Shown here: positions 1 to 11,175 of the stretch, piece after piece | Layout: every line of letters starts with the position of its first letter | How positions within the stretch are numbered: the stretch's first letter is position 1 | DNA from: Octopus sinensis | Lineage: Eukaryota | Assembly: GCF_006345805.1 (NCBI RefSeq) | Contig: NC_043000.1 | Coordinates: 159,402,001-159,466,000, forward strand | Direction: 5' to 3' | DNA length: 64,000 nt | Position numbers and translations under genes: made by a program | Notes under the pieces: model-generated | Seen by the model: only the letters and a program-made list of their open reading frames with translations | The model's database searches: none | Told to the model about the DNA's origin: nothing

Positions 1-192
1 CATCTAGATAACTTGTTTCTTCAAGAACGGGTTAAATTTTATGATGATGGAATATTTAAATTGCCTGATAGATGGGCCAAGTTCATTAATGATAATGGAA
101 ATTATTTCATTGAATGAAATGTATTGAAAGGTCAATTATTCATATCCCTTTTTGCATTTAAAAAACCGCTCAAAACTTTCCGGACAACCTAT
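1..192 (+). mobile_element. 3' end of a mariner transposon (transposase C-terminus plus right terminal inverted repeat)
   Basis: Frame 1 reads HLDNLFLQERVKFYDDGIFKLPDRWAKFINDNGNYFIE* (stop ends at 117), the typical mariner C-terminus FY..GI.KL..RW.K....NG.YF. It is followed by AAAAACCGC..AACTTTCCGGACAACCTA, a mariner-type right end. Confidence 0.8.
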
Positions 193-339
193 CAAATAAT
201 ATGGTGTAGGTAAGTCTGATCAATGAGTGCCGATTTGAAGTTTTAACAATATTCAACTTCAAATTATTCTTATTTCTTTAAAATTTGTTTTTGCAAATCA
301 TGCAATCATACAGGAAGCCACTACAAAAGTTTAATTTGA

Positions 340-1190
340 AGTCTGCTTATAAAATTGACTTATAAGGAGAAATTTTAACGGACAATATGTTTGATGCTGC
401 TCACAGCTTGTGTCAAGAAGCTGAAATTGAAGCTAAATCTTAGTCAAGAAGAATGTCATTTCATAGAATGCGCGAGAGCAGCTACTTCAGGTTAGCAATT
501 CGTTTGTGTGGAATTCACTAGCATTAGATGAGAACACAAACATACCATGCACAACACTGTATTTGAAACAGGAACTGATGACAATTTTGCAATTAGTGAA
601 GAGTAACTGACAGTTGAACCATTAAAAAAAATCAGGGGCTGGCCAAGATTTGTATGGCAGTGTTTAATATCTCTTTGAATTGATCTAGTTTACCTTAGAA
701 CAAGTTGACAATCATTATAACATAAAGCGTACTTTCACAAACAAAAAACATGCCGGCCTCATAAAGCAGTTCAACAGAAGGTGAAAAATAGCACTTCACT
801 TTATCATTCTATAGCATTATCCACTACGAAAGTTTGCATAAATCTATCCTGCATTTTAAGCATGTGATTGATCCTGTACTATGTGTTATTAAATTGATCA
901 GAACCAGAAGGCTAAATCACAGATAATTCAGAAGTTTGGCTTGATGGATGATATGAATATTTAGATGTATTCTGTCATAGCAATGCGTATTGGTTAAAAC
1001 TGGGAAATGTTGTGCAAAAAGTATTGAAACTAAGAGAATAAATTGTGTTCTTTCTTGAAATGAATAACAGTTATGCATTTTAAAACAACACGAAAATGAT
1101 AGAGTGGCTGTGCGATTTAGAGTTCATAGTTCACTTTCGACAATTTCTTAACAGCGAAGTCTACCATGATGAGGCAAAGTCCTTTGCACC
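340..1190 (+). pseudogene. Decayed hAT transposase (GTF2IRD2/SPIN/Buster-like)
   Basis: Fragments across frameshifts and stops: GEILTDNMFDAAHSLCQE, NSLALDENTNI (515-; SLALDESTD motif), GTDDNFAISEE*LTVEPL, GQDLYGSV, KHVIDPVLCVIKLIRTRRLNHR, WLKLGNVV, EWLCDLEF. Confidence 0.75.
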
Positions 1191-1802
1191 TTTGCGACCA
1201 TGTCATTGATACAATTCTAGTAGAACTGTGTAAGTGGCTTTCTAGAAATAACAATAAAACTTCACTAAGTCACACTACTTTCTTTAAAAAGGAAGGAGAC
1301 AAAAAAATAATGTTGTTCTGCAGAGGGCAGTACATAACAGGAAGGCCATGTCTGGGATCTCTTTGATCGCATGCCTAGCCGAGTGCTAAACAAGAACAAC
1401 AATATTACTGCCATCAAAAACACTGCTAATAACATCGGATATGAAGCTAAAGAACAACAAACACCACACAAAAAAAAAAAAAACTCGAAGAAAGCAATAA
1501 TATATGGTAGTCACTGCTACAAATAGAAACAATGGTTTCCGCTAAAGAGCCAACAAGGAAGTCGCTACGCGATGACCCATACAATTAGAAATAGTAGCCA
1601 ATATCTTCGTCAAATAGCGAAAGCTTCCTGAAATGATATTCTACTGCAGTAGATTCTAAACTTTTTGACTTGCTACTTGATTGGCTATCAAATATAAAAT
1701 TATATATCGTACTTCGCATGGAGAATTTCAAGAAAACAGTTTTAAAGTTAAAGCTTTAGAAGATAAATAACTGTTACTTGCCTTGCTTTATTAAACATAC
1801 AA

Positions 1803-1963
1803 GGCGCAGGAGTGGCTGTGTGGTAAGTAGCTTGCTAACCAACCACATGGTTCCTGGTTCAGTCCCACTGCGTGGCATCTTGGGCAAGTGCCTTCTGCTA
1901 TAGCCCCGGCCGACCAATGCCTTGTGAGTGGATTTGGTAGACGGAAACTGAAAGAAGCCTGTC

Positions 1964-2041
<78 letters not shown>

Positions 2042-2259
2042 ATGTGTGTGTGTGTTTCTGTGTCTGTGTTTGTCCCTCTAGCCTTGCTTGACAACCGATG
2101 CTGGTGTGTTTACGTCTCCGTCACTTAGCGGTTCGGCAAAAAGAGACCGATAGAATAAGTACTGGGCTTACAAAGAATAAGACCCGGGGTCGATTTGCTC
2201 GACTAAAGGCGGTGCTCCAGCATGGCCGCAGTCAAATGACTGAAACAAGTAAAAGAGTA
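1803..2259 (+). mobile_element. tRNA-derived SINE family A, full length, with internal (TA)n(TG)n
   Basis: Head GGCGCAGGAGTGGCTGTGTGG (A box) ...GGTTCAGTCCC (B box); body GTGAGTGGATTTGGTAGACGGAAACTGAAAGAAGCC; tail GGCGGTGCTCCAGCATGGCCGCAGTCAAATGACTGAAACAAGTAAAAGAGTA. At least 9 further copies in the window. Confidence 0.9.
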
Positions 2260-2399
2260 TACATGTTTATAATAAAATCACGAATAACACGTCTCTTCTT
2301 TTCTTTTCATGATGCTCACTATTAATTACTCTGGATAGAATACAATTTCAAATTATATCTTAAAAGATCTACGACAGTTATCTTTTACTTACTGGTTCT

Positions 2400-2825
2400 G
2401 GAGGAACAAGCAGTGCCCAAAGCATTTGCAGGCCCTTCGAGACCGGTGAGATTGATACCACTGTAAGCCAACACTTGCAAGAAATATATTAACAAAGAAG
2501 GAATTCTAAGGGGTTAACTTTCTTGGACAGAAGAATCGGGTATACTAATTAGTTCAGGTTCTGGGTGAGTTAGACACAACACAGACAATGGGAGGAGGGG
2601 AAGCGAGTGGGATGAGAGGATTTGGGTGGAGGAAGCATGAACTCAGTCAGCACTTAGGAGCAAAGGCTATTATAGTAGCGGTAGGAAAAGCAAATAGAGG
2701 AAACTGTAAGGCAGAAGCCGGAGAATGTTTGCGAGTGCGTTTAAGCCAATCAATAGGGTGGCCTTCTTTTTGCTAGGAGCCATTGAGGATACCTGTATAT
2801 GAAGCAGTAAGGCCATCTCAAATGT
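2400..2825 (-). mobile_element. CR1/L2-like LINE RT C-terminal relic
   Basis: Minus strand gives HI*DG..., QKKATLLIG and YRYYNSLCS*VLTEFMLPPP...TRFPSSH, matching the HIW.G..QKRAIRLIG..FYRYY.G.CS.EL...P tail of CR1/L2-like RTs. Confidence 0.55.
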
Positions 2826-3149
2826 TAAAATAATATTGTATTATGAATGTCACCCTAGCTTCGTAGAATTTCGGCCTTACGCAGCAGAGCTCCACGGTTT
2901 TAAAAACAAAATGATGGATGATGTCTAAATGATCATAGCGAACCTTATATTAAAGAACACCACTCTGGTTTCACTAATAACAATATCACAAACACCAACG
3001 CCACCCCTAACAAGAATAATACCCAATACTCTTAAAACTACTGCACAAACATAAATCCAGAAATCCACACTTTACATTCATCCTCAACAACACCATTACT
3101 TCTACTGCAATAATACATTCTTTAAATAATGAAACAACATTTTAATTAC

Positions 3150-3224
3150 AGCCTCAAGCCAGCAGACAAAGGCCCCAGTTGGTGTGCAGGCCAGTGGAAT
3201 GTGTGATGGCTTCAGAATGTTCGT
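3150..3224 (-). other. Candidate small exon (unidentified)
   Basis: Long polypyrimidine acceptor CTGTTTTTCTTCCCGTTCTTCTTTCTTTCTTCAG| ahead of a non-repetitive GC-richer block. It reads TNILKPSHIPLACTPTGAFVCWLEA|GTAATT (75 nt, phase 0) or (D)EHSEAITHSTGLHTNWGLCLLA* (phase 1). No homology recognised. Confidence 0.2.
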
Positions 3225-4054
3225 CTGAAGAAAGAAAGAAGAACGGGAAGAAAAACAGTGCCAATAAAAATGTGTGTGACTGTGTGTGTGTATGTGTGTG
3301 TGATCTTAGTTTATATTTGTATTCTAAAGGGACTTAGGTATATGAATAAATTTAACCATTTACATAGAAAACAGACCGCAAGGCATCTCGTATTTGTATG
3401 TTTAGTTGTACACACACGCGCACAAGCACACTCACACACAAACATACATACAAATATATAAATAGATGCGAGGCTTCGGACGTCTATCTATCTATCTGTC
3501 TATCCTTGCATTTGTATAAACACTTATATGCTGGCGTATACGTACGAGCGTAAATTCATACTCCCATACATCGATGTGAGGGAGCTCACAGACACATACA
3601 CACACATACATACACGGGGTCTATGAAGATCGGTTTCTCTTTACCTCCACCCTTGCCCGTTTCAAATGAAAGGCCTGGCGCGGCGTCGGTTACAGATTTG
3701 TTATGGCTGCGAAGCGATGTTTAATGAAGAGCGGGTGTGGGGGAAGGTTTGGAAAAACTACCGTCTTTCCCACCCACCTGCCACCCGTACTCTGAACAGA
3801 TGCAGAAAAGGAGCAAAGAAATTTACTGAGTTTAGGGGAGAATCGGAGCGATTTTAAGGGCTGCCAGAACTAATTCCAGAACTAAAAGGAAACTGGAGGT
3901 TCATAGCAATGTTTACAAAGGTCGTTAACTAAAGTGTATTCGCAGTGATGTGTATTGAGACACAAGTAGTAGGTGTGGTTATGGTACGTGTTAGTGCCTC
4001 AAATTTCTACACACCAGAAGGGTCAATATCAAAATACCTGATGGTATTCGACTC

Positions 4055-4290
4055 CAGGACTCGGTCGTGTTCAATCAATTCAGAGGATGATTTGTTAGTC
4101 CCGGGACTCCCCAGGCAACTCCTTTATTCCATACTCTGCGAGGTGAAAAGAAACCATGGAAGAACTAGACTGAGATTCAAAGATACGGCAAAAACGAATA
4201 TGACGTGGAAAGGAATTGGTCACAATAAATAGCAAACCCAAGCAAAGCTGCCGACCAGTATGGAGAAAGCTTATCAAGTCAAGCCAAAGC
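4055..4290 (+). mobile_element. RTE-clade LINE 3' fragment
   Basis: LGRV...LPRQLLYSILCEVKRNHGRTRLRFKDTAKTNMTWKGI...RPVWRKLI matches the RTE C-terminus PKQLLYGEL..GKR..GRP.LRFKD..W...A.DR..WR. Confidence 0.7.
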
Positions 4291-4377
4291 CATGGACAGT
4301 CATCGTCGTGACTTTGCCTAGGAGTCGGGAAGACACTCGGCAAGAAATGGAAGCAAATTTGAAAGAAGAAAAAAAAA

Positions 4378-4413
<36 letters not shown>

Positions 4414-4415
<2 letters not shown>

Positions 4416-5146
4416 GACAGAGACATAAGCAATTATATGTGCAGCTCATGAGCTGCGCAAGCGTTAGAGACCAACTATGTAAAGTGCAGAGTAGACAACA
4501 CTATCAACAGCAAAAGATGCAGAATGTGTGGTGAGAGGGGTGAAACGGTAAGGTACATCGTCAGCGAATGCCCGAAATTGGCACAACACAAATACAAAAT
4601 ACGACATGACAATGTGGCAAGGATGATATATTGGGATCTCTGTGGAAATCACGGCCTACAAAAAGCAAAGACGTGGTATGAGAAAACCCCGGATGGAGTC
4701 ACCAAGAATGAGAATTGCAAAACCCTGTGGGATGCAATGATTCAGTGAGATCACCTGACCAGACATCGGAAACTGGGCATTGTTGTGGTGGATAAAAAAG
4801 AATGAACAAGCATGATAATCGACATAGCATGCCCCGGTGACAACAGGATGAAAAAGAAAGGAGAAAAAATAAATTCGAAGGTTGTGGTCAATGAAGAGAG
4901 TAGACGTGATATCAATAGTAATTGGCGCACTTGGAGGTATCAGCACTCAACTACCAACATAGATCAAAAACACTGATACAAGTGTGAAGGTAGAATACCT
5001 ACAAAAATCAGCATTGCTTGGAACTACAAGAATTCTTCGCATGGTTCTTGAAGCATGACCAGTAAACAAGTGTCACTTTAGTCTGCTGACTTTGGACAGC
5101 TGACACTTTCCATCATACCCAGCAAAATAAGATGTGTTTTCATCAC
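4414..5146 (+). mobile_element. 5'-truncated Dong/R4-clade non-LTR retrotransposon inserted in (TAA)n
   Basis: CRMCGERGETVRYIVSECPKLAQHKYKIRHDNVARMIYWDLC (CCHC knuckle); TLWDAMIQ*D....RKLGIVVVDKK..IIDIACP (restriction-like endonuclease); IGALGG; LQKSALLGTTRILRMVLEA*. Flanked by (AAT)n at 4379-4413 and 5147-5167. Confidence 0.85.
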
Positions 5147-5167
5147 ATAATAATAATAATAATAATA

Positions 5168-5708
5168 CTGATCTTAACTGATTGGAAGTGTTATCATGTG
5201 CATTGTTTTGTCTTGGTATAAAAGATGGGCTACAGCAAATATTCTGCTCAATACCACAGATTTGCTTGTCAGTTGTTTGACAACTGTTGAGCATGTCAGT
5301 TGTTTGACAACCAGTTGAGCATGTCCCTTAGTGGCTGACGATATGTGCATCTCTGATCACGAGCAGAAGTAGTGGGGGAGCATCATAGCCATGTGTTGAG
5401 AAGGATTCTTTGGGGTTTGAATAATTCACCTCTGGAAACATGGGTGTTTCGTTCAACGTCCTTAAACAACCCTTATTCAGGGACCATTTGAGCAGGATGG
5501 GTTACTCGATCTGAAGAAAATTCTAACTGGGCTCCACCTGCAAGGTCATGTGCTGTTTATCTTGATATGAGATCACCATATCGCGCACATATGGTTGTGA
5601 TGCATGTGCCTGGTGTACCCTTATCAGACGGGTAGTCATGATGGGTATACTGGGCTTCGTATATTTTACCCCAGTGTCACTTTGATGGCATGCTCTGCTC
5701 GCTCACTC
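5168..5708 (+). mobile_element. Non-coding (TAA)n-associated retroelement (Dong partner), slightly 5'-truncated
   Basis: Colinear with 55246-55799; ends ...GTGTCACTTTGATGGCATGC..CTCACTC(AAT)n; AAT repeats on both sides. Confidence 0.8.
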
Positions 5709-6130
5709 AATAATAATAATAATAATGTGTGTGTGTGTATGAGGAAATATATTTGAATTACTTAATCTCTGCGAAACTTCCTTATTACTAATAAGAGCGG
5801 CATGGATCGGATTTGTTTCAACTAGCTTCAAATGATCGCTTATGAAAAAAGGTTTTGATCAAGATAATGTAAAAACTGAGCAACCTACCGTGTCCAAAAT
5901 AACCCTCGCTGTTTATAAAAAATGTTTCGGTTTGAACTAATGAGGAATCGTTTGTCTTTCTCTTAGCAATTTGAGCGACCGCGTAAAGGTTCTGCCGTTG
6001 GCTTTTGAATTACACGGATAGGTATTGCTGACGCTTCTCGGCAGCATCGTGCAGCATAAGTAGAAATTAGAATAAAAATCCAAGTGGTTAATAGCGAAAT
6101 TACAACATCTATATATATATATGCATATCT

Positions 6131-6513
6131 GGCGCAGGAGTGGCTGTGTGGTAAGTAGCTTGCTAAACAACCACATGGTTCCGGGTTCAGTCCCACTGCG
6201 TGGCATCTTGGGCAAGTGTCTTCTGCTATAGCCCCGGGCCGACCAATGCCTTGTGAGTGGATTTGGTAGACGGAAACTGAAAGAAGCCTGTCGTATATAT
6301 GTATATATGTGTATGTGTCTGTGTTTGTCCCCCTAGCATTGCTTGACAACCGATGCTGGTGTGTTTACATCCCCGTCACTTAGCGGTTCAGCAAAAGAGA
6401 CTGATAGATTAAGTACTGGGCTTACAAAGAATAAGTCCCGGGGTCGATTTGCTCGACTAAAGGCGGTGCTCCAGCATGGCTGCAGTCAAATGACTGAAAC
6501 AAGTAAAAGAGTA
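6131..6513 (+). mobile_element. SINE family A, full length
   Basis: Same head, body and tail as 1803-2259. Confidence 0.9.
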
Positions 6514-6728
6514 CAGAGTAGTGTAAAAGAGTATAAACAGAAATGAGAGACTCGATAAACAAATATAAATTTTGTAGAAGGCAGAGAACTCGCATAAACT
6601 CAGTGAGCAAATAAATATACAAACTGACTGAAACAAGAGAAAATATGTGTATGTCCAAGATAGGTGCCACCTAGGTTTTCACTGCAAACAATGTGTTTAC
6701 GATTACTTTAGAGCTTTCCCCCTCTCAG

Positions 6729-6737
6729 GTGCTTCTC
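6729..6737 (+). other. Candidate 9-nt microexon GTGCTTCTC
   Basis: CTTTCCCCCTCTCAG|GTGCTTCTC|GTAAGT: pyrimidine tract and CAG, 9 nt (frame-preserving), consensus donor. Motif evidence only. Confidence 0.15.
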
Positions 6738-7980
6738 GTAAGTAAAATCGAGAGTCAGAGCCGCTTCTCCCCTCACCGTTATTGGGCGATCACCGTAACC
6801 CCTCTCAAATCAACCCCACACACAAGCACCATTTCCAACACTAATTCTCTTCTATATTAAATGTTCATTACCCCTCCCTCTCTGCAGCATTTTCAGCCCC
6901 ACCCACCTCGACATCATCCAACTACACACCCTGCGAGATTGCCTAGTGCACTTATTGGCATAATCTCTATTACGAATGACATACAAACATATATATGCAT
7001 CTGTACATATACACGTATCTACTTATCTCTCGCTCTATTCTATATTTCATTTTGTGTGTTTATGTGTGTGCAGACGCACTGTGGTGCGCGTTATGTACTC
7101 ATACTATAATATAAGTACATAACACGCACCACGGTGTGTTTGCACTAATGAACCCCTTCAATGTTCTAATTTGAATTGCAGCCGTTATTAGCAACAATGT
7201 TAGTTATAATACCTAGTGGTTTTAAATAGAAATCTAATCCAAAAGGAGATCTGCTTACAACTATTGCTCGTAATAGGACGAAAACTGGTCTTTATAACGA
7301 AAATCGGTTGAAGCCGATCGTTTCACGTGGTTCATGGTTTGGTACCAAGGCAAGGCACATTGTTTTCGAATATAAACACGCCGACTAGGGTTTTGTGAAC
7401 AAAACTAGATAAAGAGGTGCTATGTGGAAACCCTTCGAGCGGACCGAATCGGATATGTCATGATTTGTGAACCTTGTCCGCTTTTGTCTGAAGTTCTACA
7501 AAGGGCACAGGTGCTTCCTCCTCTGAGTGAGGCCTATAAAGAAAATTGACTGTGGTAGACAGAATAAAGCAATACTTCCTCCAAGAACAACAACAGTACA
7601 TTTGTTAATTAAGGTTGTTAATCAAGGAAAGCTGTTGATTCAAAAGCATGAGCCACATTACAAGTGCGCGAATTTGTTAATTAGGGAAGGGTATTTGGAA
7701 CGAAAACAGAGGGTCATGTTTTTATAATTATGCTACATTTCATTATTAAGAAAGGAGACCGCAATCAAGAATACTGTCTCCCCAAACCACTTTTTTTCTA
7801 TTTTTTTTTTTTTAATATTTATTTTTATAAGTCTTAATCAAAGAGATTAGGGAGCAACAAAAAAGGGAGCCGAATCTATTCTGCCCCAATTATCTGATTG
7901 CTTCAGCAGAATGAGAAGAGGCGAGTGTGCGCAAGAACCACACACACACACACACACACACACACCACACACACACACAC

Positions 7981-8045
<65 letters not shown>

Positions 8046-8534
8046 AAAGACGCATATTTATATATACACACATACATATATTCTTACATATATGCATGCA
8101 TGCTTACATACATACACACACACACACATCGGAGAGAGATAGGCAGTCAGAATAGAGAGGAAAATATTTGGAACAATTTCGGAGTATGAGAGATTGCAAA
8201 AGCAGGAATACGTTTAAAACATCAATAAAATAATTTCATACAATTCAATTTCAAAACTTGTGTTATTATCCAGTGTGTTTTTCAAAGAAATACCAGGAGT
8301 GAGTATTATTATGTAACCATTCTGAGTACTTTATCATAGCTATTTTGAGTACTCATAACATGAAATACCTTGCATTATTTCTCGTGTCAATTTTCAGCGA
8401 GAATCCTGTTGTGATTTGGCTGAGAGTTTCACGCTCGCGCGAGTGTGTGTAACCATACACAAAACTTATTTGTTACAGAGTTGAGAAAGTATGGCTGGTT
8501 GATTTTGACACAATATTATTATTATTATTATTAA

Positions 8535-8790
8535 GGCGGCGAGCTGGCAGAATCGTTAGCACGCCGGGTGAAATGCTTAGCAGTATTTCGTCTGTCACTA
8601 TCTTCTAAGTTCAAATTCTGTCGGAGGTCGACTTTACCTTTCATCCTTTCGGGGTCGATAAATTAAGTATCAGTCGAACACTGGTTCGATGTAATCGACT
8701 AGTCCCCTCCCCCAGTTCCCTCTCAACCAGCTGAGTAATAATGGACTTACCCCAGCCCAAATTTGAGGCCTTGTGCCTATAGTAGAAAAT
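8535..8790 (+). mobile_element. tRNA-derived SINE family B
   Basis: GGCGGCGAGCTGGCAGAATCGTTAGC head, GTTCAAATT B box, GAGGTCGACTTT.CCTTTCATCCTTTCGGGGTCGATAAATTAAGTA body, AAATTTGAGGCCTTGTGCCTATAGTAGAAA tail. Confidence 0.85.
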
Positions 8791-8811
8791 TAGTATCGTT
8801 ATTGCTACTAA

Positions 8812-9040
8812 GGCGGCGAGCTGGCAGAATCGTTAGCACGCCGGACAAAATACTTAGCGGTATTTTGCCCATCGCTACGTTCTGAGTTCAAATTCTTCCG
8901 AGATCGACTTTGCCTTTCATCCTTTCGATTAAATATGTACCAGTTACGCACTGGAGTCGAAGTAATCGACTTAATCCCTTTTGTCTTTCCTTCTTTGTCC
9001 CCTCTATGTTTAGCCCTCTGTGTGCAAATAAAGAAATATA
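8812..9040 (+). mobile_element. SINE family B (long-tail subfamily)
   Basis: Same head and body; tail CCTTCTTTGTCCCCTCTATGTTTAGCCC...AATAAAGAAATA. Confidence 0.85.
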
Positions 9041-9043
9041 TAT

Positions 9044-9581
9044 CAGTGGTTCACAAGCTTTACAAAAAGTTTTACGTGTCGGTCCCCTTACACATTTTGC
9101 GATGATTCACGGTCCGCTATAAAATGCAGGATAATTAACATGGAAAAGATGACATAAAATCGTGTAGCGTAATTTCCGGACTATGACCCGGGATGAGAAT
9201 GGGTGTCTAGCAAAGGGCAAGGTCATGCGGGAACTTGCACCGGTGAGGATAACGACAGCGAGAGATATGCAAACGTGAGGATTGCAATAGTGGAATGGTG
9301 AATTATGTGAGCGTAGAATGCCGACAGCACATGCACAATCAACCGTTACACCTGCATATTTTCCATCGGTAAATCACACCTGTTGTACAAGAGTGATTAG
9401 TAAATGAGCATGTAGGAGAGGCGTGGGATTTTGAGGTCAATGACCAAAAAAGGATGATAGCATGGAATTGAAAGTCTTGAAATGTTTAAACTTAACTATC
9501 TCAAGCCACCCGTTTTCACGATACTTCAGCGTCCCTTCGCGGTCCCCTAGAGGACCGTGGACCCCAGTTTGAGAACCACTG
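9044..9581. mobile_element. Non-autonomous hAT (Charlie-like) element
   Basis: Terminal inverted repeats CAGTGGTTCACAA (9044) / TTGAGAACCACTG (ends 9581). Right flank GTCTAGAT fits the Charlie-type 8-bp target; the left 8 bp (ATATATAT) match only partly. Confidence 0.6.
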
Positions 9582-10210
9582 GTCTAGATCGTTGACGCAC
9601 TTCTTAAACCGGGCGAAGCCTTGCGTTTTTATTACATGATACTTGAGTAGACGCAACTGAAAGCACGTACAAACGGTGGCTGGAAGTTAACTATGCTACG
9701 GACCGGTGTCCTCCTGTTCAATGTCTATGTGTGGTTGAGCATGTTTTTGGGAGTTCTTTGCCACTCTCTGTCGATTAAAGGCAACAGACACCAAGATAAG
9801 ATCCTGCCTAATGATCGTATAGGGTCGCGACAGACTTTCACTTTAATTATATTAAACGGAAATGAAAACAAGGATGCGTAACGTGGCTTTTCAAAGGATA
9901 TTAGGTACAGAGGTTTAGAGTTCGTAACGAGGAATCGACATAGATCATATATATAACATAATCGGTAATTTATCACACAGATAAAATCTTGTATGTATCC
10001 ACGACACAGGGGAAGCAAGACAAAGTAGAACGGGGGCTCCAATACAATCCAACAGGCATGAACAGAAAACCAAACAGATATAAGTCAAATACCTTATCCA
10101 CTAGATCATTACATTTCTAGATATACAATTAGTTTATTGCGTTTCTTTCTCACCATCTCTTTCCGTCACACACACACACACGTCTTGATTCTACGGTACT
10201 ATCTTTGCTC

Positions 10211-11175
10211 GGCGAGCTGGCAGAAACGTTAGCGCGCCGGGCGAAATGCTTAGCGGTATTTCGTCTGCGTTACGTTGTGAGTTCAAATTCCGCCGAGGTC
10301 GACTTTGCCTTTCATCCTTTCGGGGTCGATAAATTAAGTACCAGTTACGCACTGGGGTCGATGTAATCGACTTAATACCTATGTCTGTCCTTGTTTGTCC
10401 TCTCTGTGTTTATCCCCTTGTGGGTAGTAAAAAAAATAGGTATTTCGCTTGTCGTTACGTTGTAAGTTCATATTTCCGCCGAGGTCGACTTTTCCTTTCA
10501 TCCTTTCGGGGTCGATAAATTAAGTACCAGTTACGTACTGGGGTCGATGTAATCGACTTAATACCTATGTCTGTCCTTGTTTGTCCCTTCTATGTTTAGC
10601 CCCTTGTGGGTAATAAAGAAATAGGTATTTCGCTTGTCGTTACGTTCTGAGTTCAAATTCCGCCGAGGTCGACTTTGCCTTTCATCATTTCGGGGTCGAT
10701 AAATTAAGTACCAGTTACGCACTGGAGTCGATGTAATCCACTTAATACCTATGTCTGTCCTTGTTTGTCTCCTCTGTGTTTAGCCCCTCGTGGGTAATAA
10801 AGAAATAGGTATTTCGCTTGTCGTTACGTTGTAAGTTCAAATTCCGCCGAGGTCGACTTTGCCTTTCATCCTTTCGAGGTCGATAAATTAAGTACCAGTT
10901 ACGTACTGGGGTCGATCTAATCGACTTAATACCTATGTCTGTCCTTGTTTGTCCCCTCTGTGTTTAGCCCCTCGTGGGTAATAAAGAAATAGGTATTTCG
11001 CTTGTCGTTACGTTGTAAGTTCAAATTCCGCCGAGGTCGACTTTGCCTTTCATCCTTTCGAGGTCGATAAATTAAGTACCAGTTACGTACTGGGGTCGAT
11101 CTAATCGACTTAATACCTATGTCTGTCCTTGTTTGTCCCCTCTGTGTTTAGTCCCTTGTGGGTAATAAAGAAATA
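10211..11175 (+). repeat. SINE B pentamer: one head plus five 184-185-bp body units
   Basis: GGTA junctions at 10255, 10439, 10624, 10808, 10992 and 11176. Whole array flanked by the direct repeat GGTACTATCTTTGCTC (10195-10210 / 11176-11191). Confidence 0.9.

Noticed and set aside
9693-9881. ORF with signal-peptide-like start MLRTGVLLFNVYVWLSMFLGVLCHS
   Set aside because: No promoter motif or GT donor at a sensible position, single copy, and the remainder is uninformative.
10211-11175. Regularly spaced repeats as a CRISPR array (also 33945-34914)
   Set aside because: Units are 184-bp whole-sequence repeats without unique spacers, no cas genes are present, and the context is eukaryotic.
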